Positions 1 to 8,079 of a stretch of DNA of 11,333 nucleotides are shown here, piece by piece. The notes below the pieces were generated by a model that worked only from the letters and a program-made list of their open reading frames with translations, did no database searches and was not told the origin of the DNA. The DNA is from Octopus sinensis (taxonomy: Eukaryota). The stretch is taken from contig NW_021826999.1 in assembly GCF_006345805.1 (NCBI RefSeq), forward strand, positions 1 to 11,333, written 5' to 3'. Numbering within the stretch: the first letter of the stretch is position 1; each line of letters begins with the position of its first letter. The position numbers and the translations under genes are program-made.

Positions 1-135
1 AGTCGCACAATCGACTCAGGACTTATTCTTGTAAGCCTAGTTCCTTATCCTGTCGGTCTCTTGCAGAAACCGCTGTGTTACGGGGATGTAACACACCGCA
101 TTGGTTGTCAAGTGATGGTGGGGTGGACAAATAAA

Positions 136-223
<88 letters not shown>

Positions 224-268
224 CGACGAGCTTCTTTCAGTTTCCGTCCACCAAATCTACTTACAAAG
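1..268 (-). mobile_element. tRNA/CORE-type SINE (octopus OK/OR-like family), partial copy lacking the head; runs off the window start
   Basis: Aligns by eye to the full copy at 3353-3792 (ggacttattctt-gtaagcctag, gttacgggga-gtaa, ggttgtcaag, internal (AC)n(AT)n, tacgacgagcttctttcagtttccgtc-accaaatc). Homology stops at about 268. Confidence 0.9.
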
Positions 269-1062
269 TTATCATTTTAGAATTACTTAGCTTAGGAGAG
301 TTGTTAATAGCCGTGGTACTATTACTGTCCGGACCCGATTGGGCTGTTATAAAAGGATTTATTTGTTCAACCGACTGGCCTCGGAGTTTGTGACTATTGA
401 GAGCAGTTATGATAGATCCGAGGTTAGGAGTGGTGGAGTATGAAATTTTTATTGAGGATTTATTGAAAATGGAATATTACGTGTACTGTGGCGGAAACTT
501 TTATTTTAAGATTTAAAGATATAATTTTGATAATGATCTGACCTGGAAGGAGAGGCGTGGTGCGAACAATATAATTTCATGTTTTCTGGAGGTGGGTTTC
601 TTTAACTGTGTGTTTATAGTGGGCTGATCAAGATGAGAAGATTTAAAGTTACCACAGAACCGAGGGTACCAATGGTGCTGACGTATATAATTTAAAAGCG
701 GTCTTCTCGTTGTGTTGTTTATCTGGGAAGAGGTGTGCTATTTTATTCTTGAAATTAGTATTATGTATGTAGCTGATTTTTTTCTCGGAAGCCGCTTATT
801 TTGAGTGCCTGGTAGTCGCAAGGTGCGTGTGTGTTGAAAATATCCTTATTGGCTGAAAGATTAGATGTTCTAATACAGATTCTTGTGATTACATTACTGG
901 GGATGATTTTCGGATGATTGGCGAGGGTGTTAATATACTGTAACGATTGGTTAGGTCTATGATAGAGGTGGTATAAGCCAGTATGTAGATTAAGATTGGT
1001 AACGATTGGTTAGGTTTATGATAGGGGTAGTATAAGCTAGTATGTAGATTAAGAGTAACATC
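269..1062 (-). mobile_element. Penelope-like element (PLE) fragment: end of RT domain plus linker preceding the GIY-YIG endonuclease; decayed
   Basis: Hand translation of the minus strand gives DVTLNLHTSLYYPYHKPNQSL, QYINTLANHPKIIPSNVITRICIRTSNLSANKDIFNTHAPCDYQALKISGFREK, SRKHEIILFAPRLSFQV and YSIFNKSSIKISYSTTPNLGSIITALN. These match remembered PLE motifs (FLDVT..Y.PY.KPN, YIN..SNHP, IF..A.P.YQ.AL..SG, RKR.IIWFNPP, IFN.NT.K.SYS). TAA stops and at least one frameshift are present. Confidence 0.85.
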
Positions 1063-1387
1063 TTAACCCTTTAAGTCCTGACCTCCCGAACCTTATTTGA
1101 CCATACACCTGGATTCCTGAGCAAAATAAGATGAAAATCGGTTTAGTATCAATGACAGCTCTCACGGTGAAAAACTCTAATTTCAACATCAAAACAAGGC
1201 ACATTCAACTAAGAAAGGCAGCGGATATGTTTTATCATTCTATAGTCCCGGGGTGAATGAGCATTCTGATTGGATAAAAATAAATCGTCGTACTTTAGTG
1301 CAGCTGCGCTCCATCGGTAGAATGCTACGGTATAGAGGAAAGTAAGCCAGCCACCGGTAAACCGGTGTTACGGGCCCAAAGGGTTAT
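1063..1387. mobile_element. Possible piggyBac-like (TTAA) MITE
   Basis: Left end ttaa-cccttt (1063-1072) and right end aaaggg-ttat (1378-1387) form a 9-bp inverted match (taacccttt). PLE homology stops exactly at the left end. The TIR is short and the right TTAA is imperfect. Confidence 0.35.
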
Positions 1388-1693
1388 GAACTTAAAGCCT
1401 TCCAAATAGATTTATAACATTCAACACTGATTTTATACTCCACCCATTATATTTATATATTTTTAATATCGTTTTTATTGCAAGTAGGACTAAATATTTG
1501 TATAATCTGAACACGTTTTTAGTGTATTTGTATTGATACATTTATATATTTTAATGTATATTTTACGTGTTGAATATTTATATATCTATATATTTTTATG
1601 GTATGATTTTGTGGACATAGTTTTTATAACTGAATATATTTTATTATATGCTTATTGGAAGCCAGTTTTTTTGTTTCTTATCATTATTCCTCT

Positions 1694-1757
1694 TATGTAT
1701 GTATGTATGTATGTATGTATGTATGTATGTATGTGTATGTATGTATTATGTATGTAT
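1694..1757. repeat. (TATG)n microsatellite
   Basis: Direct tandem repeat in the sequence. Confidence 0.97.
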
Positions 1758-2042
<285 letters not shown>

Positions 2043-2400
2043 TGCAGGGTCGTATCCGCATATGCGCATTTAAGATTATAGACAAGCATGTAAGTATACA
2101 CGAGCGCTAGAATAATGCATTTGCATTTGGTTGCTGTGTTAGTGGAATGTTCCAGAATATTCTATATTTTTAAATATGTGAATAGTGGTTCAAGTGTGCA
2201 TTTGATATAACCAGGTGACACTCATTTCCGTAGATATTATTGTAAATAGTTATTTTGTAAGAAATAACTATTTTGTAATTTTTCATGGGGAAGTAAAACC
2301 TGGAAATTTTTTGATAGTTATTGATGAAGTGGGTGATATACTTCCACATAGTTATAGCTTAATAGACATTTATCTCCGCAAGTGAGAGTTTAAAAGCATC

Positions 2401-2531
2401 GCTCTTGTTTATCAAGTATTTCGTAGCTATCGCACTCGCCTCTTGAGTATTTAGTAACTATTCCTTTTGTAGATCAAGGATTTAGTAGTTACCACTTGCT
2501 GATCAAGTGTTTAGCAGCCATCGCTAGCTCT
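2401..2531. repeat. Degenerate ~30-bp minisatellite, about 4 copies
   Basis: Cores atcaagtatttcgtagctatc (2411), cttgagtatttagtaactatt (2442), atcaaggatttagtagttacc (2473) and atcaagtgtttagcagccatc (2502); spacing 31/31/29. Confidence 0.65.
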
Positions 2532-2556
2532 TGTTCCTGAATATGAAGACTCTGTT

Positions 2557-2566
2557 TGTGTGTGTG

Positions 2567-2617
<51 letters not shown>

Positions 2618-2624
2618 TGTGTGT
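2557..2624. repeat. (TG)n microsatellite
   Basis: Direct tandem repeat. Confidence 0.97.
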
Positions 2625-2971
2625 TTAACGTTTTCCTGTAGGGAAGGTGCTGGTGTCTAAAGCTCCATCAGTGGAATGTAGATAACAAAAGCAATGTTAT
2701 TTGTTGTATTTACTTGAGAAAACATTGGATACTTTTGCAGTTCCGCTTACAGATTGTATTGGTATGAATGTGAATTTATGATCTCAGTATATAAACAGAA
2801 GGTTTCGAAACAGTTGTCCGAAGTTCTCCTCTATCTCTTTGATTCTCGATGAGTACTTGACATCTTTGACGTCACATACGTTTTTTTGTCTGTCTCAAAC
2901 CTGTTACGCTTGCACTTGGTCGTAGTTTTGATGGGAATTTTCCATCAACATTTCTTGTGTTGCTGTTTATA

Positions 2972-3206
2972 CAGGGTTGGCCAAAAATCACCCTATAGTA
3001 AATCAAAATTCTATAGATACTACCTATAATTCTGCATTGACTCGAATGGAAAAAAATGTGTCACTCAAGAAGGACTTCAGTTTGAACAAATTTCATTACG
3101 TTTCATATTTATATGCTTTTATTAAATTCATTCAGATGTTAAACATAAATAAACCTTGGAATTAAATGGTTTTGATTTACTGTCAGGTGACTCTTGGCCA
3201 AACCTG
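2972..3206. mobile_element. Tc1/mariner-type MITE, 235 bp
   Basis: 37-bp TIRs (2972-3008 cagggttggccaaaaatcaccctatagtaaatcaaaa versus the reverse complement of 3170-3206, 31/37 identical), flanked by TA on both sides (2970-2971, 3207-3208). The LINE reading resumes on either side. Confidence 0.85.
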
Positions 3207-3352
3207 TATATGTATTCAATAACAGGACGATTTTCTGCATTTATCCCATGGCAGTCATTTTTTGGATGATATTGTAAATTGTTTTAGCGACAACGTCATG
3301 TTGTATAGGAAGGGAATATCTCGATGGCATTCTGAGCAGCTACTGTGTAATA

Positions 3353-3792
3353 CTCTCTCTCTCTTTTACTCTTTTACTCTTTTACTTGTTTCAGTCATTT
3401 GACTGCGGCCATGCTGGAGTACCGCCTTTAGTCGAGGAAATCGACCCTAGGACTTATTCTTTGTAAGCCTAGTACTTATTCTATCGGTCGCTTTTGCCGA
3501 ACCGCTAAGTAACGGGGACGTAAACGCACCAGCATCGGTTGTCAAGCGATGTTGGTGGTGGTGGTGGGGGAACAAACGCAGACACACAAACACACACACA
3601 AATATACATATATATATACATATATACGACGGGCTTCTTTCAGTTTCCGTCTACCAAATCCACTCACAAGGCTTTGGTCGGCCCGAGGCTATAGTAGAAG
3701 ACACTCATCCAAGCTGCCGCACAGTGGAACTGAACCCAGAACCATGTGGTTGGTATGCAAGCTACTTACCCCACATCCACTCCTACTCCTAC
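3353..3792 (-). mobile_element. Full-length tRNA/CORE-type SINE (octopus OK/OR-like)
   Basis: The minus-strand head ggagtggatgtggggtaag...gggttcagttcc carries pol III A/B-box-like motifs, followed by a CORE-like ggcagcttggatgagtgtctt, an internal (TG)/(TA) tract and a (GTAAAAGA)3(GA)n tail. Three partial copies occur elsewhere in the window. Confidence 0.9.
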
Positions 3793-4521
3793 TTCAATAG
3801 AAACGTGACATAATTGACATCTCTGGTTACACTTTGAGGCGTTAATGGATCCAATAACTCTTTTGTTTATTGGGTATTTTGTAGCAATCTCGTAATCTTT
3901 CATTATCTTCGAAGCGCGATGTGATGTAACGGTCGCGAGTCCAAGAGAGGTTGTACTTCATGTTGATATCAGTGTCATCATCAAGTATTCGGAAAATATA
4001 ATCAAGCAAAGTCAATTTTTAATTTGTTGAGTGTTTCTCTAACATGTTTTCTTTGAGGTATGATAGTCTAATTGCTTTGAAGTATGTTAATCCAACTGCT
4101 TTATGGTTGTACGGAAGGTCTTCAGGAATAGAATATTTCCCAAGGAGCTCACTGCTAATACGTAGAATGTTGTTTCCTTTGCTTTTCAAGAATAGGTTCA
4201 TATATTTATTTTTGCTGGTGCTGTCTGAGAGATACTGTACAACATTCGAAGTCTGCCTTCACTGACCTCAAGACTCTTTCTCCTTAACCTCTTCTAGGTA
4301 GAGCCTGTCGACATCCCTGTCTCTATGGAAGTTTCCAGTTGATGTCAAGATCTAGCGGGTCATAACATCTATGAAGTGAATTTCCTCTGCATGTCAATAA
4401 AATATTCCAAATGATGGTATCAGAACCGCATGTTGTAAGAAGAGTATCCAACAGCTATATTTTTCTAAGTCTGGCGTAATATTCTTGGGTCACTTTCGCT
4501 TTGTTGGGAACCCCAGATGCT

Positions 4522-4598
4522 TGTATGTATGTATGTATGTATGTATGTATGTATGTATGTATGTATGTATGTATGTATGTATGTATGTATGTATGTAT
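4522..4598. repeat. (TATG)n microsatellite
   Basis: Perfect tandem tract abutting the 5' end of LINE copy A. Confidence 0.98.
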
Positions 4599-4666
4599 AC
4601 ACATACGCCTATTTATTTATCTAGATATATGTGTCTATATATTTGTTATCTTCTGTTTTTAATTAT

Positions 4667-5360
4667 TTAAATTCTTCCTCTGTGGAAGGAGCTAGATTTT
4701 AACAAAGATACAAAGCTCCATCGCTAGAATGTTGATAAGTACAATGTCGCATATTAAACTTGTGGAAAGTCTTGCATAGTTGAGTTCTTTTACCGAAAAT
4801 CCAAGCTTATCCTGACTGTCAGTGAGGTATTTACTCACAAAACCAAGTGCACCAATTATTATTGCTAAAAACTTAAAATTATAATCTTGATATAGAAGCT
4901 GGAGGTTTCGAAGCAGTTGCCAATAGCTACCCTCTTCCGCTTTGATTTTCGAAGAGATATCCACATCAGCAAAACAGCTAACCTCTATGACAGTACATAT
5001 TTTTTCTTGTCTGTCCCAAACAAAAATATACGGCCTGTCATGCTTACACTCGACAGATGTTTTAATGGGAACGTTCCAGCAGTATTCCTTGTGTTGATGT
5101 TTGTCTTCGTATTCAACAATAGAGAAATTCTCTATATTTATTCGAGGACGGTTTTTTCTCCCCGCTAGCATTGGATATTGTTTTTTTGCGACATCGTCAA
5201 GCGCATTGGGACGTAACGTGATGACATTTTTGAGCAGCTGCTAATTACATGTATGATGTCTTCCACAGAAACAAGACATAATCTACGACTTCGATTACAT
5301 CTTCGAACTTAATATAGAGTTAATTTTGTACGGTTGCCTGCTTGGTAGCAAAGTTATTAA
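4667..5360 (-). mobile_element. R4/Dong-like RLE LINE, copy B (CCHC knuckle, RLE domain, 3' UTR)
   Basis: CNRSRRLCLVSVEDIIHVISSCSKMSSRY (5170-5300). ORF 4692..5171 contains EYCWNVPIKTSVECKHDRPYIFVWDRQEKICTVIEVSCFADVDISSKIK..YWQLLRNLQLLYQDYNFKFLAIIIGALGFV, which matches the RLE pattern RPD..D...IE..P.D..K. The RPD aspartate is mutated (RPY). Confidence 0.9.
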
Positions 5361-5384
5361 GGAAAGCATTTGTTTTGTTCATCA

Positions 5385-5480
5385 TCCTTCAAATCTTAAG
5401 AAAGTCTTGCAGATTTTTATCATCTCTGAAATGATCATTTGCAGTATGTGAATTAGGGAGCTGCGTCCTCTCCCCCGAAG
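5385..5480 (-). mobile_element. RLE LINE C-terminal fragment (copy D)
   Basis: SLIHILQMIISEMIKICKTFLRF resembles the family's ORF end (compare copy A QSVSGTAKV and copy B CKTFHKF). It shares the 12-mer tgcaagactttc with copy B. Confidence 0.65.
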
Positions 5481-5486
5481 AAGAAT

Positions 5487-5495
5487 ATATGTATG

Positions 5496-5527
<32 letters not shown>

Positions 5528-5580
5528 TGTATGTATGTATGTATGTATGTATTATGCATGTATGTATGTATGCATGTATG
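5487..5580. repeat. (TATG)n microsatellite
   Basis: Direct tandem repeat with a few TGCA interruptions. Confidence 0.97.
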
Positions 5581-5617
5581 AATGTATTCTCATGCATATA
5601 GTTGCATATCTAGACAT

Positions 5618-5832
5618 TCTTTTATTCTTTTATTTATTTCAGTCATTTGACTACGGCCATGCTGGAGTACGGCATTTAATCGAACAAATCGACCCCAGGA
5701 CTTATTCTTTGTAAGCCTAGTACTTATTCTGTCGATCTCTTTTGCCGATCCGCTGTGTGTTACGGGGACGTAAACATACCAGCATCGGTTGTCAAGCGAT
5801 GGTGACGTATCAAACACAGACACACAAACATA
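5618..5832 (-). mobile_element. tRNA/CORE-type SINE, 3' half only
   Basis: tttcagtcatttgactacggccatgctggagtac...caaacacagacacacaaac matches 3389-3592. It ends in the expanded internal microsatellite, and no 5' half follows. Confidence 0.9.
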
Positions 5833-5834
5833 AA

Positions 5835-5911
<77 letters not shown>

Positions 5912-5975
5912 CATCCATCTATCCATCCATCCATCCATCCATCCATCCATCCATCGTCCGTCCGTCCGTCCGTCC

Positions 5976-6016
<41 letters not shown>

Positions 6017-6050
6017 TCTATCTATATATATATATATATGATATATATAT
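5835..6050. repeat. Compound microsatellite (TCTA)-(TCCA)-(TCCG)-(TCTG)-(TCTA)-(TA)
   Basis: Directly visible consecutive tetranucleotide blocks. Confidence 0.97.
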
Positions 6051-6199
6051 AAAAAATGTAATATATAATAAATATCTGTAAATATAAACCATCCGATCTT
6101 CTGATTACCTCATTTCTTCTAATATATAATACCTGTACATCATCTCCAAACCTTCCATATATATATATATATATATATATCTATATATATATATATAAG

Positions 6200-6555
6200 A
6201 AATGAAAACAAAACAATAAATTGAACAATTATAAATTCAATTCAAGTTAAATATTTTATACAAACAAACGACAAATCTCATAAATTACGACTGTTTCTAC
6301 TTCATAAATAAAACGAACTTTTTCAAGAATAATCAAATCCGTTTAAATATGTAATGATGCTTCATCAGCTTGATATATCCTCTTCAATATTTCACGCTTT
6401 TTGAGAGCGAGCTTAATCATAAATAAGAAAATAGCCTCCATTTTAATAATGAAGCGAAAACAGCTGCAATTTATGAGATGTCTCATTTGCTTGTATAAAA
6501 TATTTAAATTGAATTGAATTTATAATTGTTCAATTTATTGTTTCGTTTTCCATTT
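6200..6555. mobile_element. Long-inverted-repeat element (fold-back MITE or inverted pair of PLE-type terminal repeats)
   Basis: 6200-6315 versus the reverse complement of 6439-6555 is about 85% identical by hand count and includes the perfect 35-mer aaacaataaattgaacaattataaattcaattcaa. The spacer is about 120 bp. No clear TSD. Confidence 0.8.
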
Positions 6556-6680
6556 GTTTTGTACATTTATACGTATGTTTATTTTTTATTTATTTACCTA
6601 TTAGAATAACATTGTTATTGATATAAGTAATAAAAACCAGTAAATTCTTCGGATATTTAATATCCCTTAGGTCGTTTTTT

Positions 6681-6870
6681 ACACCAGTACTCCTTTTTAT
6701 TATGAGTGGCTATGGCTTCTACCATACTGTGGGTTCTTATTTCTTTGCCCTCGAGGTTAACCTTCCGACGGATTTCATTATAGAGTGTCTTATCTACAAC
6801 ATCATGTCTTATCGGTAAATAATACCGTGATGGCATTTTCAGACAACTGTTTATGATGCTGATGATATGT
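6681..6870 (-). mobile_element. R4/Dong-like RLE LINE internal fragment, copy C (end of CCHC knuckle to start of RLE)
   Basis: ORF 6657..7139 contains HIISIINSCLKMPSRYYLPIRHDVVDKTLYNEIRRKVNLEGKEIRTHSMVEAIATHNKKEYW, homologous to copies A and B. Confidence 0.85.
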
Positions 6871-6873
6871 AAG

Positions 6874-7062
6874 CATGCATGTATGTCTGTATGTGTGTAT
6901 GTATGTATGTATGTATGTATGTATGTATGTATGTATGTATGTATGTATGTATGTATGCATGCATGTATGCATGCATGCATGTATGCATGCATGCATGTAT
7001 GCATGCATGTATGTATGTATGTATGTATGTATGTATGTATGTATGTATGATGTATGTATATG
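6874..7062. repeat. (TATG)n/(TGCA)n compound microsatellite
   Basis: Direct tandem repeat abutting the 5' side of LINE copy C. Confidence 0.97.
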
Positions 7063-7119
7063 CGTGGGTGTTTAACTGTGTACCCTAATACCAACCAAAG
7101 GTATTTCTGTGTCTCCGCG

Positions 7120-7690
7120 CTCAGATGGATTGTCATCACACACGCTAGTTAATCCATAGAATGGACCCCAGCAGCTGCCACTATTCCGCGTCAGATCAGA
7201 CCTGCAAATAATAGTGTCTGATAGGTGGTTTCACTCCTCTCAAAACCCTGGTTGTCCCGAACAATAGTCCAACTATTGAATGCAGTTTAAAGTTACAGCA
7301 TCCTTCTATGAGTGAAACACTCTGATGTTAAACCTACAGTTTCATATAGTTGCTGGTCATCTCGCTTCATCCTGTTACTAGTGTCTGATCACGCCGACTC
7401 AGAGAGTGGTATTCATGTTGTACAAGTGTTTATCACAATAATTCAATTTCACTTTATGGTGACCTTATTCGTCACTCCATCCTCTAAAAGTTCTATGGCA
7501 ATGGAAAAAATGGCGACCAAACCAGTTGTAACTGTACAATAAGTTACAGATTTCGTCGGTCACATATCCTTCAAAAAAAAAAAAACCATGCAGAACTGCA
7601 ATGGGACTGAATAGTCATCTGAGAAGTCATGCACGGAATGTCAGAAATCGTATTGACGATGAGGAAGCACAAGGAGACTGGTGCGATCAC
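7120..7690 (+). mobile_element. Heavily decayed RTE-clade LINE 3' fragment
   Basis: Scattered in-order motifs across frames: EWT..RQIR, VPN, PSM, AGHL, LYGDL, and the terminal FVGHI(S)FK-PCRTAMGLNSHLRSH, similar to the RTE C-terminal C..C.K.C.S..GL.SH.R.H. A 14-A run breaks the frame at 7573-7586. Confidence 0.55.
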
Positions 7691-7790
7691 ATGTATGTAT
7701 GTGTGTATGTATGTATGTAGTATGTATGTGTGTGCGTGTGTGCGCGCGAGTGTGCACGCATGCATGTATATACGCATACATGTATATGTA
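7691..7790. repeat. Mixed (TATG)/(TG)/(CG)/(TA) microsatellite
   Basis: Direct low-complexity tandem sequence. Confidence 0.9.
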
Positions 7791-7825
7791 AATAAGCTCG
7801 ATGGTATCTGAACTGTAGATGTCGG

Positions 7826-7907
7826 AAACACAAAACACAATACTATAATTTTAATGATGATCTCTATTTTTTTATTTTTCATTTTTCAGTCATATCTATT
7901 GTTTATT
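7826..7907 (-). promoter_or_regulatory. Candidate polyadenylation region (AATAAA twice plus downstream GT-rich element)
   Basis: AATAAA on the minus strand at 7907-7902 and 7876-7871, followed by gtattgtgttttgtgttt (7843-7826), about 110-150 nt after the TGA at 8021-8019. AATAAA is common by chance in AT-rich DNA. Confidence 0.4.
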
Positions 7908-8018
7908 AAACTTCTTCTTGTAAACATACGAGTCTTGGAATTTACTGCCGTTTTTAGTATTTTTTTATCGCTGATTGTCAAGCTTAGTCGGGTGGAATTC
8001 AGCAAACTCTCCTGTGAA

Positions 8019-8079
8019 TCAAGTATTAAAAATTTCTTTCTCAATTGCTTTAGCTTCACTCCCTTTTTCTGATATATCA
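8019..8079 (-). CDS. Candidate last coding exon of an unidentified host gene: (A)DISEKGSEAKAIEKEIFNT*
   Basis: Acceptor catattttttttccag|T (AG at 8081-8080). The phase-2 reading joins in frame to the 96-bp exon at 10568-10473 and ends in TGA (8021-8019), followed by polyA-like signals. Confidence 0.5.

Larger units (their letters stand above)
2625..4521 (-). mobile_element. R4/Dong-like RLE non-LTR retrotransposon, copy A (5'-truncated: RT C-terminus, CCHC knuckle, RLE, 3' UTR), decayed and interrupted by a MITE and a SINE
   Basis: Minus-strand translation in order: [16 protein letters not shown]; HAVLIPSFGIFY*HAEEIHFIDVMTR*ILTSTGNFHRDRDVDRLYL; SWTRDRYITSRFE; EIATKY; KCNQRCQLCHVSIE [SINE] MPSRYSLPIQHDVVAKTIYN [MITE] WKIPIKTTTKCK; FGQLFRNLLFIY*DHKFTFIPI. 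The 3' UTR (aaagctccatc..gaatgt.gataa) is shared with copy B. Clade assignment is from remembered motifs. Confidence 0.85.

Noticed and set aside
269-1062. Selenocysteine recoding in the PLE (reported for some invertebrate PLE lineages)
   Set aside because: The in-frame stops I found in the PLE-like frame are TAA, not TGA, and there is a frameshift. This is ordinary decay.
4692-5171. 159-aa ORF as a functional stand-alone endonuclease gene
   Set aside because: It is the RLE domain of a decayed LINE. The catalytic RPD is mutated to RPY, there is a frameshift upstream, and an internal deletion near the C-terminus.
7860-8072. Plus-strand acceptor tttttcatttttcag| at 7889 and the hydrophobic ORF 7854..8072
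   Set aside because: No good donor follows. The T-rich tract is the reverse complement of the A-rich putative 3' UTR, and tttcagtcat also resembles the SINE 3' end.
7930-8079. Alternative 150-bp internal exon (same acceptor, donor C|GTATGT at 7929) reading IYQKKGVKLKQLRKKF...
   Set aside because: It needs a phase-1 upstream exon, but the well-supported 96-bp exon ends in phase 2. It is not excluded if other exons intervene; the terminal-exon reading was preferred.
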